Part shown: positions 12,980 through 29,156 of the stretch, piece after piece
Numbering within the stretch: position 1 is the first letter of the stretch
Layout of the letters: every line of letters begins with the position of its first letter
NCBI GenBank assembly: GCA_002104905.1
Contig: MCFE01000490.1
Coordinates: 1-64,000 of the forward strand
Direction: 5' to 3'
From: Basidiobolus meristosporus CBS 931.73
Taxonomy: Eukaryota; Fungi; Basidiobolomycota
DNA: 64,000 bases
Program-made: the position numbers and the translations under genes
Notes under the pieces: generated by a model
What the model was told of the DNA's origin: nothing
Seen by the model: only the letters and a program-made list of their open reading frames with translations
Database searches by the model: none

Positions 12980-13684
12980 CTATCGAAGAATGGGTGGGAG
13001 TGGTGTTTTAGGGATGACCGGGTCACGGCGAGATCTCAGTGGATCAAATAGCAATAGGCTGGATTGGTTCGAGGAGATGTCGTGTGAAGTGTTGTTGTAT
13101 TTGGGCACTTCATAGTCTTGTACTGTAATCATCGGCAACGCCTCCTCTTCACCATCTCCCGCCTGGATATGGAAGACAAGCTCTTCGCTGGATGCCTGGC
13201 TGGAAAGATTCGATTGAAGGGACGATTCATCCGAAGCCTCCATCTCTTCAGTGCTGTCAGCTAATTTGCTCAAGGCAAGGAAAAGATCATCAGCCAGGGT
13301 TGCGTTGTTCGGAGGCTCCTCACGCTCCTGCAGCCAACCAACTGGCGGAGATCCGGGAGGCGATACCAGCCATAGCTTCTCATTATCCGGAAGCTTTAGC
13401 ATGTTCTCCGTGGGTTCAGATGTGGTGTAATTATACTCGGAAAAGTATATTTTCATTTCCTCGCCAAGGAAAATGGTACCGTTTAGTTCGAGCTTGCACT
13501 GTAGCGCATGCTCTATGCTTTCGAAACTAACTAGCAGTCTAGAGAAAGATTTTATCTGGGCGTAGTTCGTCACCGCTCCGTGCACTTCTATGGAGCTTTG
13601 GAGGTTCGAAAAATTCTCTTCCAGGAAGGCGTCTTTGGCCAAATTGGTAAAGATCAGCGTGTTCGTGAGGTCGTAAGAGGACAT
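12980..13684 (-). CDS. RCN1: Calcipressin (regulator of calcineurin, RCAN family), 234 aa, intronless
   Basis: N-terminal RRM-like region (KSFSRLLVSF), SP motif WLVSPPGSPPVGW, PxIxIT-like PMITVQ and C-terminal IPKTPLPP. Confidence 0.9.
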   Translation of the reverse strand: MSSYDLTNTLIFTNLAKDAFLEENFSNLQSSIEVHGAVTNYAQIKSFSRLLVSFESIEHALQCKLELNGTIFLGEEMKIYFSEYNYTTSEPTENMLKLPDNEKLWLVSPPGSPPVGWLQEREEPPNNATLADDLFLALSKLADSTEEMEASDESSLQSNLSSQASSEELVFHIQAGDGEEEALPMITVQDYEVPKYNNTSHDISSNQSSLLLFDPLRSRRDPVIPKTPLPPILR

Positions 13685-14533
13685 TTGTGTAGTGCTGGAG
13701 GCAAAGGGAGAGTGTTAAATTAAGATGTTCCAGTACCTCGCTTTTGCTGAAGAGCTTGGTTGATTTGAAGCATTTATGCAAATCAAATTCTGACTGATAA
13801 CTTAAGCAACATCCAATTACCATAGATCCATCAGAGCTGCGCCGCACTGGAATAAGCGCCAGCAAAATCCAGCACCACTACCGCAAGTGTTGCAAGTAGC
13901 GCAAGCACTCTATGATGATGCCAAGTGCGCAGTATGTGGAGGAAAATAAAGTATTCCACAAACATATCAATGCATCCCAATACCCATTTAATCCATAGAA
14001 CTGGTGGTGATGATTCTTTTGCTCAGACCAGATAGATAGCAAGGTCATTTGATGGATACGATTGCTTGATTCAGCTATGTGGGAACTTTGCCCACGAATT
14101 AACACAAAGACTCGGAACAACACCCAACATCATAGGCCATGAAAGCGTTTGCCAGCTTAAAATAGAATGACGGAAAAATCGGTAATATCACATGAGAAAT
14201 GGACACGAAAAAAAGTCGCTGCCAATGGAGTTGGCTCACATATCGCATCGACCAACAAACAAATGTTTCGTATCACTTTGTTCATAGTGATTTGTTTGAG
14301 CAGATATTCTTTCTCTGCTTCCAAATTGGTAGGAATCCACCGACCCCCTATTAAGACTTGTGACTTCTAAGTTATATAATATTTCGATGGCATGTTGATG
14401 TTTAAAAAAGTCAATCTCCCCGGAATAAGGGCCGGCCTTTTAAATATCTGCTCCAATTTATTTGGCCATAATTGTATCGCTAGACTTGTGCTGCTCCAAC
14501 TTTTCGCCAGCAGTAGGCTCGTGTTAATTAGCC

Positions 14534-17500
14534 ATGAAATTCGGAAAAACTCTGTTAAGAGTTCAAGTACCAGAATGGTCGAGGTAATCGATAGGCTAAC
14601 GACGTGATGGTCCGCGTGTCCTTTTGTACTGAAATACGGGCTCTTTTTTCCGACTAGAAATTACATTTCCTACAAAGAGCTCAAGCAAGTTATCAAAAAG
14701 TTGAAGGATGACAGAAAGGATAACCCCAGCCTGACCGCTGAAGATACTTTTACGGGTACCGGGAATCCATATTCCTATTTACAAAGCCTGCCTCGTATAT
14801 TAACAGACTTTCCTTGGATCCAACCCACACCAGAATTCTCCTACGCCTTGGATCGAGAGCTTGAAAAGGTCAATGGCTTCTATCTGTACAAAAGGGCGGA
14901 GATGGAAAGGAGAATGGTGATTCTGAACGAGAAATATCGGCAAATTCTCGTGAACGATGGACCAGCCTCGAGCTCAGAAGAGCAAGAAAACGCAACTGGG
15001 TTCAACGATCCGGAGGAGGATTCGGAATTGCTTTCTTCGCTCGTGGAGACACGAAATCACATGCATAAAATTTTACGTTTCGGCGAAGTAAACAAACAAG
15101 GCTTCTTCAAGATTCTCAAAAAGTAGTTTCAGGCTTCCTCCATCATTGCACCGCCTGATTCGTCTAACCCAAGCTTTTGATGGGATTTCGATTAGATTCG
15201 ACAAACAGTTGTCTATGGATATCAAGTCATCGTATCTGAAAACCAAGGTACGTTCAACAAACAGGCTTATGTCCGCGTGGATGTACACTCAACCCAGAGT
15301 GCCCTAGGTCGAAATTCTGCCATTTGCTTGCTCGCCAGTGCTCAGCGACATGCTCGACAAAATCAACGATCTAATCACCCAAATGAAGTTGCGCAACGAC
15401 AAAAACCAAGCCAAGCCTTCCGACGAGATAGGGAAGAGGATAAAGTCGTTGATTTCGATAGATACCGAGGCAGAGCTGAAGAAGGCATTGCAGGAAAACA
15501 ACGGCTCCAGGCTACTGGAGATCCTAGATCAGATCAAACAAAACTCTTCGGTCAAGCAGTACGGAGAGGATTCATACCAGTACAAGAAGATGGCCACAAA
15601 GCTTCTCTATAAGATATGCCAGCTAAAGGCGTTTGACTGTCTGAGAATCATTCTGGAGAAAGGGCTGTTTGATATCGAAAGCACCAAAGATGTCAACGAG
15701 CGCTCCTTAATACACAAGCTCGTGATTGGCGGGGGCGTGTTGAAGTCGAAGGAGGAGGCAGCCTTCCCAGACTCGCCGAACAAGAAGCCTCAGCAAGATT
15801 ACTTCTCGTTGCTCAAGGCTTCTTCATCTGGCAGCCGCTCCCCTCTGCTGCCACCGAACACTCCCTCTTCTCCAAAGCCAGTGTATTCCGAAGATGACCC
15901 CACCCTGCTCTCCATCATATTTGAGTATCTTCCAAAGGAGACCTTGTACAAAAACCCGGACATCTTTGGGCGGCATCCACTGCATTACGCGGCTCTGAAT
16001 GGCTATACCAGGATCACCGAGTGCCTTGTCAAGTACTTGCTAGAGACCGAGCTGTTTACGGTCGGGAATGGGTTTGGGGATGATCTATGGTATGACCATG
16101 AGGGATTTAACCCACTTTTCTATGCAGCGATTAATGGCCATGCCGAAATCGTTCGCATTCTTATCGAAGGTGGCCACTACAAATGCACCGTCGCAGACGC
16201 CATTGGTAAGTCGGAGAATGAGGTCTCTGTTTGATACTCGGGTCGCTAACAACGAGGAGTGTAGCAGCTACCGTTCCATCCATTTCGTCCGACCATGTGT
16301 TCGGCTCTGGGATTGTCCAAGCACATCTGCCAACCAAGCCGGCTAACAATATTTACCTGCAAAACCCTCTGGCTATAGCATGCAAGCTCGGCCATGACAA
16401 TGTCGTGGAGGTGTTGCTTCAGCATGACATCGACGTAAATCTTGCCGACGAGGATGGGGAGACCCCTCTGCATCTTGCAGCCAGGGATGGATACAGCAAT
16501 TGCGTCAAGCTTTTGGTGGAGTTTGGCTGCACTTCTACCAACAATCCAGCCGAGTTGAAGTTTGCTCGCCGCAAGATCAATCTGGATGCAAGGGAGAGAT
16601 TCAACGAGTGGACACCACTTTTCTTGGCAGGTCAGTGACATTCCGTGGTGCCGTTTACATCGCCTAATTCTCAGTGCTGATGGCTCCTGTTTAGCGATCG
16701 AGGGCCACCTGAAGGTGATCGAGTTGCTTGTGAAGGCCGGCGCCGACATATCCGCAAAGGATGTAAACGACTGGACTCCTCACGAGCATGCGGTGTACCG
16801 AGGCCACCATGAAGCAGCGAAGCTCCTTCAGACCAATACCGATGACCCACCAACGGCGACGGTCCCTTCAGAAATACTAACCAAACCCACGCCAGAGAGC
16901 TCGGGCGATTCGAGAACAGAGACCGTCATCCAGGTCGATCGTGCGTATGGACACAAATTCTTACAGAATCAGAGCGTGATCGTGATTACCCTTGGTACCA
17001 ACGATACTCGTATCACTGTCCCACCAGTCGAGCTTGAAAACAGCGATATCTCATTAATCTCCATGGTTCCAAGCACTTCGCTCTCATTGGTGATATCGGC
17101 CACTCATGCTAACGGCGAGCCAGCATATGTTGACCTGCCAGTCAGAACCCTGGCGGTGGATCCCATCATGTTCTACACCGAAAGCGTCGACGATGTTGTG
17201 CTCAAGTTTGACGTTGTTCCAACGTACGGGTCCTCCAAAAAGATCGTCGGTCGAGCAACCGCCTCTGTGCGCTCCTTGCGCTCCACCAGCACTAGAAACA
17301 GATCGAGTCTGGGGGGTAGCGTTACGGTCCCAATTGTTGGCAGCGACAATTTGGATGTGATCGGGTCGGTGTATTTCGACTTCACCATCGTCAAGCCGTT
17401 TGTGCACAAGAATCTGGTCGTTGGCTCCCAGAACACCTATTGGAAATCCATCACCACCAAGGTTAGTCTGTTCCATTAGAAGCGAAGTGAGCGAGACCCC

Positions 17501-18690
17501 AACTAACTGGACCATCAGGTGATTGGCCACCGAGGGCTCGGCGCCAACAAGAAGGTTGCTGGACAGGGGCATCTGCAAGTTGGTGAGAACACTGTCCTGT
17601 CGTTTGTGACTGCAGCCTCTCTTGGTGCTGAATATATTGAATTCGGTTAGAACTGTTGGCTAAAATATCAGTGCTCAATCCATGCTAAACCCTTGGCTGT
17701 AGATGTGCAGCTCACCCGAGATCACGTTCCCGTTATCTACCATGACTGGACCATCACCGAGACAGGCTTCGACGTCCCCGTCAACGCTATCACTTTGAAA
17801 CAGTTCCGGGGTCTTCGTCCGGATAACACTGGCCTCCAGTTTGCCAGTGAAAGAAGCGCATCTCCAGAGAAGAGAGACAGATTCAGAGAGATGAGGCATA
17901 GAGGGCGCTCAAAGAGTTTCCATATCCCACGCTCGCCTGCATCCGATGACGAGTACGGGTCAATCTTTTCCGCCACCGCGGAGAAGATGAAGGGGAACGG
18001 GTTTGGCACAATCCAGGCGCCATTCGCAACATTAGAGGAGGTGTTCAAGGTAGGCCAAGCTTCCATACTTGCCGACCGGAAGTTCGAATTACTTAATGTT
18101 GTGCGCAGCATGTTCCCAACTTTATAGGGTTTAACATCGAGGTGAAGTATCCGATGATAGATGAGGTTGAGGGAGATATGCTCTGGAGCAACTGCGATAT
18201 CAACGAGTTCGTAGACCATGTGTTGACATGTGTTTATGATAATGTTGGCGACCGGAACATCATATTTTCCTCCTTCCATCCTGATATCTGCTTGTTGCTC
18301 AGCCTGAAGCAGCCCAACTATCCAGTGTTCTTTTTGACTGATGCCGGCGTGACTCGCATGGCTGATGCTCGGTGCAATTCCATCGAGGATGCCGTTCGTT
18401 TTGCCAAGTATGCGGGATTACTTGGGATCGTCACCATCTCCGAGCCAATCCTGGAAGCACCGAAGCTGATTCGCACCATCAAAGAAACCGGCCTTCTGCT
18501 GTTCACGTACGGAAGCCTGAACAACGATGTTGTCCACGTTCAGCGACAGAAGAAGTACGGAGTAGACGCGGTGATCGTGGTAAGTGGACCCGTTTCTTTT
18601 TCGGCTTGCTCTGTCCCAACCAACTAAACGGTGGTTGGAATTTTGTAGGATTCTGTCCTTGCCGTGCGCAAAAGCCTCTCTCAAGCGTGA
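14534..18690 (+). CDS. GDE1: Glycerophosphodiester phosphodiesterase with SPX, ankyrin-repeat and GDPD domains (multi-exon)
   Basis: SPX start MKFGKTL...YISYKELK and VNKQGFFKILKK. Ankyrin repeats GRHPLHYAA and GETPLHLAA. GDPD motifs VIGHRG, DVQLTRDHVPVIYHD, GFNIEVKYP, FSSFHPD and GVDAVIVD. Last exon DSVLAVRKSLSQA ends at TGA 18688-18690. Confidence 0.93.
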
Positions 18691-18985
18691 TCATATACAT
18701 AACATATCAATTCTCCTAATAGTTAATAAATATGAGCTTAATCCATCATGCCCAATATATATCGAGTATTCCACGATGATGGAATCTGCCATGAAAATTG
18801 AGATTGAGGCCGGTGATAGTTACCCGGAAAATCTGACTCGAGTGATAGTCCCTCCTTTGTCCACCTTGTTACTGGGTCTCTCTATTCTAAGGAGTGCATA
18901 ATTCGCGACTTCACCTGACATTCAAGTGGTTTTCTTTAGACAATAGGATCAAGTAATCAACCCTTCCCTTTAAGTTCGCCATATA

Positions 18986-21900
18986 ATGCCATGTATATTG
19001 AAAATCAAAGTACACAGTGCTCGAGATCTACCCGTGATGGATCGAAAGTCCGAGCTGACTGACGCCTACGTGGAGGTGAGGTTTGCCGACTACGACGTTC
19101 AACGAACCTCTATTTGCCGGAAAACGTTGAATCCAGTGTGGAATGCTGACTTCCGAGTGGAGGTCACGGATGATGGAGACCTTCAGAATGAGCCTCTGGA
19201 GCTAAAAGTATTGGACTACGACACCATCACTGCAAATGACGCGGTCGGCTCTGTGTTGATCGATCTCAATCCTCTGCTTTTGTGGGGCTCGCCCAGACAG
19301 ATAGCTGGCTGGTTCCCAATCTACGACACCCTTAGAGGAGTGCGCGGTGAGATCTACGTACAGGTGAAGATCCAGTTTTTCGGGGACGTGAATCCCTTCA
19401 AGGACTCGTCTGCTGGCGTCCAATTTTTCTCCGTCTCTACCGTCACCGAGAAATTCCCCATAGTGGCGATGTTTGGGTTTGTGGACGCTTTGCTGTGTGA
19501 GGACGATCCGGAGTACCATTGGAGCGATAGCTTTCGTACACCCAGGTCCTCGAATGAGTCTCGACAACGGCTGCTATACAGAATGTCCGGGCAATTGAGG
19601 AGATTGCTGGGGAGGAAGGTGTTGGAGCTGGGTGGAAATGCTGTCCTCGGGTTCCAGCAATCGTTCGACTATGAGAGTGAGGAGAACACTATTACCGCCA
19701 GAGCCATTGGGACCGCAGTCCGACTGGCAGGAATCGATTCGACTACTTCGCCGATGGAACGAATCTACACCAATATCGGCCAAAATGAGATATTTACCGA
19801 ACCCTTGCCCTTGAGCGATGTAGAGGACGAGAACGAGGACACAGGCGGAGCTGACTTGCCGGACATAGCGGGCGTTCCCATCAACAACGGCCATGGGAAT
19901 CTCGTCGCATCCGACTCCAAAAAAGGCAACGACCTCGAAGATCCGAGTAGCTTCAAGCACACCGCGCGCTCCATTACAGAACGGAGTCGAAAGAGCAGCT
20001 TCAACACCATCAAGACATTGGACCAGCAGATCTTCACCCTGCAGGACTTCCCCTCCGGCGCTATCCTGCGCATGGGGGGCGTAGTGGCCGCACGATCGGT
20101 CAAACTCATCGAGAACGATCGCACCGATGCACGCGAGGCGTGGTGGGATGAGCTTAGAGACGAGATCAAGTCTCACGCAAAGGTCCTGGGATGTCCGCAT
20201 GTGATTGGATATTCGGAGAGTATCACCATCAACGACGACCTCTGTGTGCTGTCGGCCGTGGGCACTGCGGCCATCATAGATCTCTCCATATTCTATCCTC
20301 TGGCGGGAATCCAGCCCAGCGGATTGATCAACGAGGATTCTAGTGTGAACCCCATGTTCCTGCCCAGGAGCTACTCTAGTTCGTTGAAGGAGCGCTTCTT
20401 CTACGAGTCCACCTTCAAGCGAAAAAGACGCAGAAAAGAGCCGGAGGGTAAGTGTTTTCCATGGACCTAGTCGCCAAGAAGTTTTATTGATCTGATCCCT
20501 AGAGTGCCGAATGTGCCACATCCCGTACAGCGTCCACAACTCCCCGTTCCCCACCAAGCTTGTTCGTTGCGCCGGGTGCAAGAAGAAGTACGTGTCGGAG
20601 ATTCTGCTCTCCACCACGGAGCTCCCGCCTGAGCTGGACGTGATGGGCAAAGGTTGCTACGTGGAGGCCCACGTGTGCCGTACGAAGAAAAACAAGGACG
20701 GCGAGTCGAATGCCTCGATCGTTAGCGATGCGATACCATTCGTCGAGTACGATATCCACCGGGAGTTGATGAACAAGCTGAAGATCCATTGCATGAATGC
20801 GATCTTTGGTCTTCGCTTGAAAATCACCGTTGGGGACTCGTTGATCGTCGCGGTGGCGTCCGGGACAGCGTGCTATCTGTCGGCGTTACCCATGCCGCCG
20901 TCGTTGCAAATCTCACGCAACCTCGAGGTCATCGACGAGGAAGATAGGAATCTACTGGAGATCCAGAAGAGAATCCTGGAGATCGGGGAGAAAAACAGAG
21001 AGTCGAAGGAGTTGGCCTTGGAGCAACGGGCGAAAAACCCTGAAACCCGCGAGCATCCCAACCCCTCCAGCAACGGGAACGAGGACTCGGACAGCGACAG
21101 CGACTCCTCGTCTAGCAGCGAGTTTGATGATTATGACACCCGACACAGCAATCTGGTCATCCAGATTGATGACGACGCTGACGAAGATTTCATGGCTGTT
21201 CTATTCGACCCAGAGATGCCGGAGAACTTTGAGATGTCCAGCACCGAGTACCTCCCGAACTCCGCGCTGTTGAGCCGTGACCAGCCATCCACACTGAATA
21301 CAACCGTCAAGACCGTTACCTTGATGAAGCAGGTCAGCATCGGCGGTGCTCCCGACCATCTCAACCGACAATTGGCCGGCGTTTTCCGACGACTTTATGA
21401 AGAGATTCGATTCCGGCTGATTCTCTATCCATCCTGGGTGGTTGCCGGGATCCGCTTTGACATCCAGCTGCCCAAACCATTTGAGCTTCAGATCATCTTT
21501 GTTGCCACGGTGATCGCGGAGTCGTTCGAGTTGCTGAGCCCAAAGCTGGCCGGCAAAGTGGGCGCACTTTCTTTAGAACAGGCCTCTGCCAGCGCCGCTG
21601 AAGTGGATGCCGAGCCACAGCTGATGTTCAACATGGACGATGAGTCTCAGCAGTTGCCGTCAGAACCTGCGGACAAGCCCAATCAATCCAAGCTCTCCCT
21701 CAATTCGGCCGAGCCTGGCTCGGATTTTGGTACAACTCGCTATCCCTATCTCACTGGCTCGGTGGGTAACGAGCCCCCTTTGCCTCCACCCAAGATCGAA
21801 ATGACCCCCTTGAGTTATATCCCCAACACCACAGTTGAGCGTTATCTAGGGAAAATCTCCCTCCACTTCGTCAAAGAGGCTCATGTTGTATACGACACGG

Positions 21901-22127
21901 TGACCGGGGGCAAGGCGGCATTCGTGCACACATTTATGACCGAAGTACAAGCATTGGCGCGGGCTCATGTTGCGGCCCTAGGCGGGAACGCCATCGTGGC
22001 GCTGAGAATCGATCAAACCGCATTCGAAGAAAGCTTGAAGAATCAAGGGTACGGGCTCATCAGCATTAGTGGCGACGTCGTGGAGCTCAAATATGACAAT
22101 TCGCATCTAACCCCACGGGACGTGTAG
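18986..22127 (+). CDS. C2CD5: C2 domain-containing protein 5-like (C2 domain plus YbjQ-like repeats), 2 exons
   Basis: N-terminal C2 domain (LKIKVHSARDLPVMDRKSELTDAYVEVRF...LNPVWN), then ELGGNAVLGFQQSFD, EAWWDELRDEIKSHA, VSDAIPFVEYDIHRELMNKLK and ALGGNAIV. One intron at about 20448-20501. Confidence 0.85.
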
Positions 22128-22351
22128 AGATTCATTTGTAATTTTATTTCCATTCTTGAATAAATTAATTGTACTTTTAACTTGGCGGCGATGGAACAGA
22201 CCGGGGTTTTTCCGAGATCGTGCATCCCACCGATGAACATGATAGGCCCTCCTTGATGGAGTGATTGATCCTATTTCAAGTAGGAAGCGGCTCATTCGCA
22301 TGTACGCCCTTAACATAGCACCTTTGGCTGGTTCTTTGTTTTCCGCCCAAG

Positions 22352-24024
22352 ATGACCACCACTCGACTAACCCTCCAGGGAAAGGTCGCTAGCGAGAGAA
22401 ACCAACGGGTCTTTGCCGAGCTATTGCGCGACCCCAGCAATGCAGTTTGCGCCGATTGTCGTTCACCTGGTTAGTTCCATCAAGGTGGCTCGATATCTCT
22501 TCCACCTTTTCACTCACCATGCTTCGAAGGTCCTTGCTGGGCTTCCCACAACCTTGGGATCTTTCTGTGCATGCGCTGCGCCGGAATCCATCGCAAGATA
22601 GGCACCCACATCACAAAAGTCAAGTCCCTGACCCTTGACTCTTGGACCACGGAGCAAATCGAGGTACGTACTTCATGCGCCGTTCTTCCTGTTGGACGAT
22701 ACTCAGCAGTCCGATAGAACCTGAAGAAACTAGGCAACAAGCACGTCAACGCCTATTTCAACCCCCAGCCTGAAAAACACCCCGTTCCCCACGGAGACAA
22801 GTAAGTCCCCGGCTTTGAGCCCCGCCACACCAGGCGTCCGCACTCACTCACCGGCTCTCCGTTGCAGAGAAATGGAAAAGTACATTCGGGACAAATACGA
22901 GCGAAAGGTTTTCATGAGCAAAGAGCCGACCCAGAGAAGGGTAAGTTGACCACTCGCCACTCACCACTCGCTCACCGCCCTTCTTGTTAACGGAGAGTTC
23001 AGCCCCAGATAGAAAGTCCGAAGGTTGCCCCACAGCAGAACTCTCTACTAGTCAAGCTTCGTGAACTGGGGTATACCGACCATGCCCGGAATGAACAAGC
23101 CTTGACCAGAGCGAACAACAATTTGGAGATGGCTATACACCTGCTAAATTCGATCCCCACCGGATCTGCCCCTGCTTCGACGCTGACCCGCTCGATGACT
23201 TATAGCGAAGGGTCCACCCAACAACCCTCGTACCAACGTCCTGTACCTTTACGAAGAAGCACGACCACCCAGCCGATTCCAAATGTTCTTGATCCTAACA
23301 TGTTCGAGACCAAGGGATCCCCCATCCCCAATCAAGCTTTTGCGATCAATACGGCCCAGCAGCAGCAGCAGCAGCAGCAACTGCAACAATCCTTCAACCC
23401 AACATCGACGGCATATCCAAACCAGTACACGAACAGTCCAGCAGGAGTGTTAAACCAGCAAATCAGCCCACAAGGCTACGGACAGCCATTGAATGGCTAT
23501 TACTCTAGCCAGCCGGCGTACACGAACAGCTTCCAGTCACAATCCCAGCCGCAACCCGATCGTAAGCTACCCCTCTCTCGACTTCGAATTCCCCCTCCTC
23601 CCCCTCCTCCTCCACGAGAACTAATCCATTTGGATAGAGTTCAAGCACCAGGTCAACAAGGATTATATCATGTCATTGTATAGTCCCAGCTCCGGGCCGT
23701 CGTACAACCAGTCCCCTCAACAATTCCACTCCTTCAATCCGCAGCAGTCCGGTGTTGGAGGTAAGACGTCTGGGTGACCATCTTGAAAACCAAAAGGCTA
23801 ACCGATCTGCAATGTCACATAGGCGCTCAGCAACCATTCGTGCAGTAAGTCCACTACACCTCGATCCTTCCCCAAGACGCATCCACTAATCCTAGCCCAT
23901 CAGGGGAGGAAGCCAAGCCATGACCAGCAACAGTTATCAGACGAACCCATCCATGAACAATCCACAGACACAACCGCCACCACACCAAGGCAACTTTCAG
24001 CCATCGGGTGATTGGTGGAACTGA
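22352..24024 (+). CDS. ArfGAP-domain protein with UBA domain and Q/N/P-rich tail (Gts1/Ucp3-like), multi-exon
   Basis: Spliced translation gives CADC...[39 protein letters not shown] (C4 zinc finger) and [14 protein letters not shown]-like LRELGY...[16 protein letters not shown] follows. Last exon ends [11 protein letters not shown]. Confidence 0.88.
23357..23380 (+). repeat. (CAG)7CAA polyglutamine microsatellite in the ArfGAP gene
   Basis: Direct reading; encodes Q8. Confidence 0.95.
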
Positions 24025-24861
24025 CTCCCCTACCCTCTCCTTTCTTCCCCCCCCCTCAACCTACACAAATAGCGATCGAATTAATATTTATATAATATGT
24101 GTCCAACCATGGGCTCCAACTTGTTGACAAAAACCAAATCAATGAAGCAAAGACACTTCTGGGTGTTGAACCACCAACGAATCTCTCGCAGATGCTTGCC
24201 GGTCTCCTCTCCCCCCCTCCCTCCTTCCTACCCATGGAACACAATCCTCCTACCGGCGACAACCGAGACTATACACCCCACCTCTTCAGGGATGTGCTGA
24301 CCCGGTTTTGTGGGATAAAATCCGACCCACAGACCCAATTGCACGCATATGACGCCCGAGTGAGCAGGTGTGGGGATGAGTGCCAGTCCAAGTGTGTGTG
24401 TGGGTAAAGTTCACCTATCTGTATCACCATACTCACCGCCCCATATGGGATCGGACTCCCGGATCTCGGTTGGGACTGCTCTTTTGGGACCTGGCCATTG
24501 GATCTGGGATGAAGCAGGGGCGACCCATGTCTCCATTTCCAACCGGTCAAATTTAACGGTGTTGTTTATTGAATAATCGACCGATGGAAGGCATATATGT
24601 AGGTATGGGTTGGGAGAGGAGGGGGGGTGGGCGGTGGCGAGAATTTTGGTACAAAAACTACTAGGGCGGAGGTCTCCCGATGGCAGCAGTGGAGTAGGGT
24701 TGGGAGCGAGAGCGGGAGAGGTGGGTTGCCGTCGAGTGTGCGGATAAAGCTGGGTGATACAAATACATTTCTGGTATCGGGCAAGGCTGTGGGGTCGGGA
24801 TATTCGAGAAAAGGGCGCAACCAACTCCATGCTAGGCTCGATCGGGGCAGGCTTGGGAATG

Positions 24862-28527
<3,666 letters not shown>

Positions 28528-29156
28528 TAATAGCTATACATACGCTGCTCTGACAACCTTCAAGTGAAAGAGAGTAAGTGTTCTCCGGGAATCACATGAT
28601 TCTACTTTCCTTAGAATTTTCAGCTTTTTCTAGCAATCTGATCCGTGGCTATCAGGTGAATGAATGCAATCGATTCCTTGGTAAATTTCCAATGATTGGA
28701 AATTGTAACATGTATCGATCCACTCTCGTCGAATCATTCGCTGCCCTGTAGTAACACTTGCGTTCAGGGTTCGGAGGCAGATTATTCGAGATTAGATGGA
28801 CTGGATTAGCCCGTCCCATCACGAGCCAATCAAGAGTCACATGCATCAAGGAGAATTGTATGCATCAGTCCAAGGGTTGATCGGTGCGGACAAGAGCATT
28901 TCTTTAATCCACGGTCTTTGGAAAATTAGCCGTTTAAGGAATAATCTAATTAGTGTCTCCTCCAATTATTACCCATCTTTTTGGTGCCATTGTCACCCAA
29001 CTGGTTAGTTAATATGCTACACATTCATCCGCTGATTGCTGCTCACCAAGTCGCCCGTACTTGTTTGTGTTGTACTTTACTCACCCACGTTTTCTTCTCT
29101 CCCTTTACCGTATATCCTTAATATAGAGTCGCTGAACCCAACACCTCCCAAACCCC

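Noticed and set aside
19574-20650. 358-aa minus-strand ORF and similar antisense ORFs over GDE1, C2CD5, IRE1 and the orphan gene
   Set aside because: Shadow frames of GC-rich coding sequence with no recognisable motifs.
29109-29120. GTATATCCTT resembling a U12-type 5' splice site
   Set aside because: It lies upstream of the EFR3 start with no matching branch point or acceptor. Introns I checked were ordinary GT-AG.
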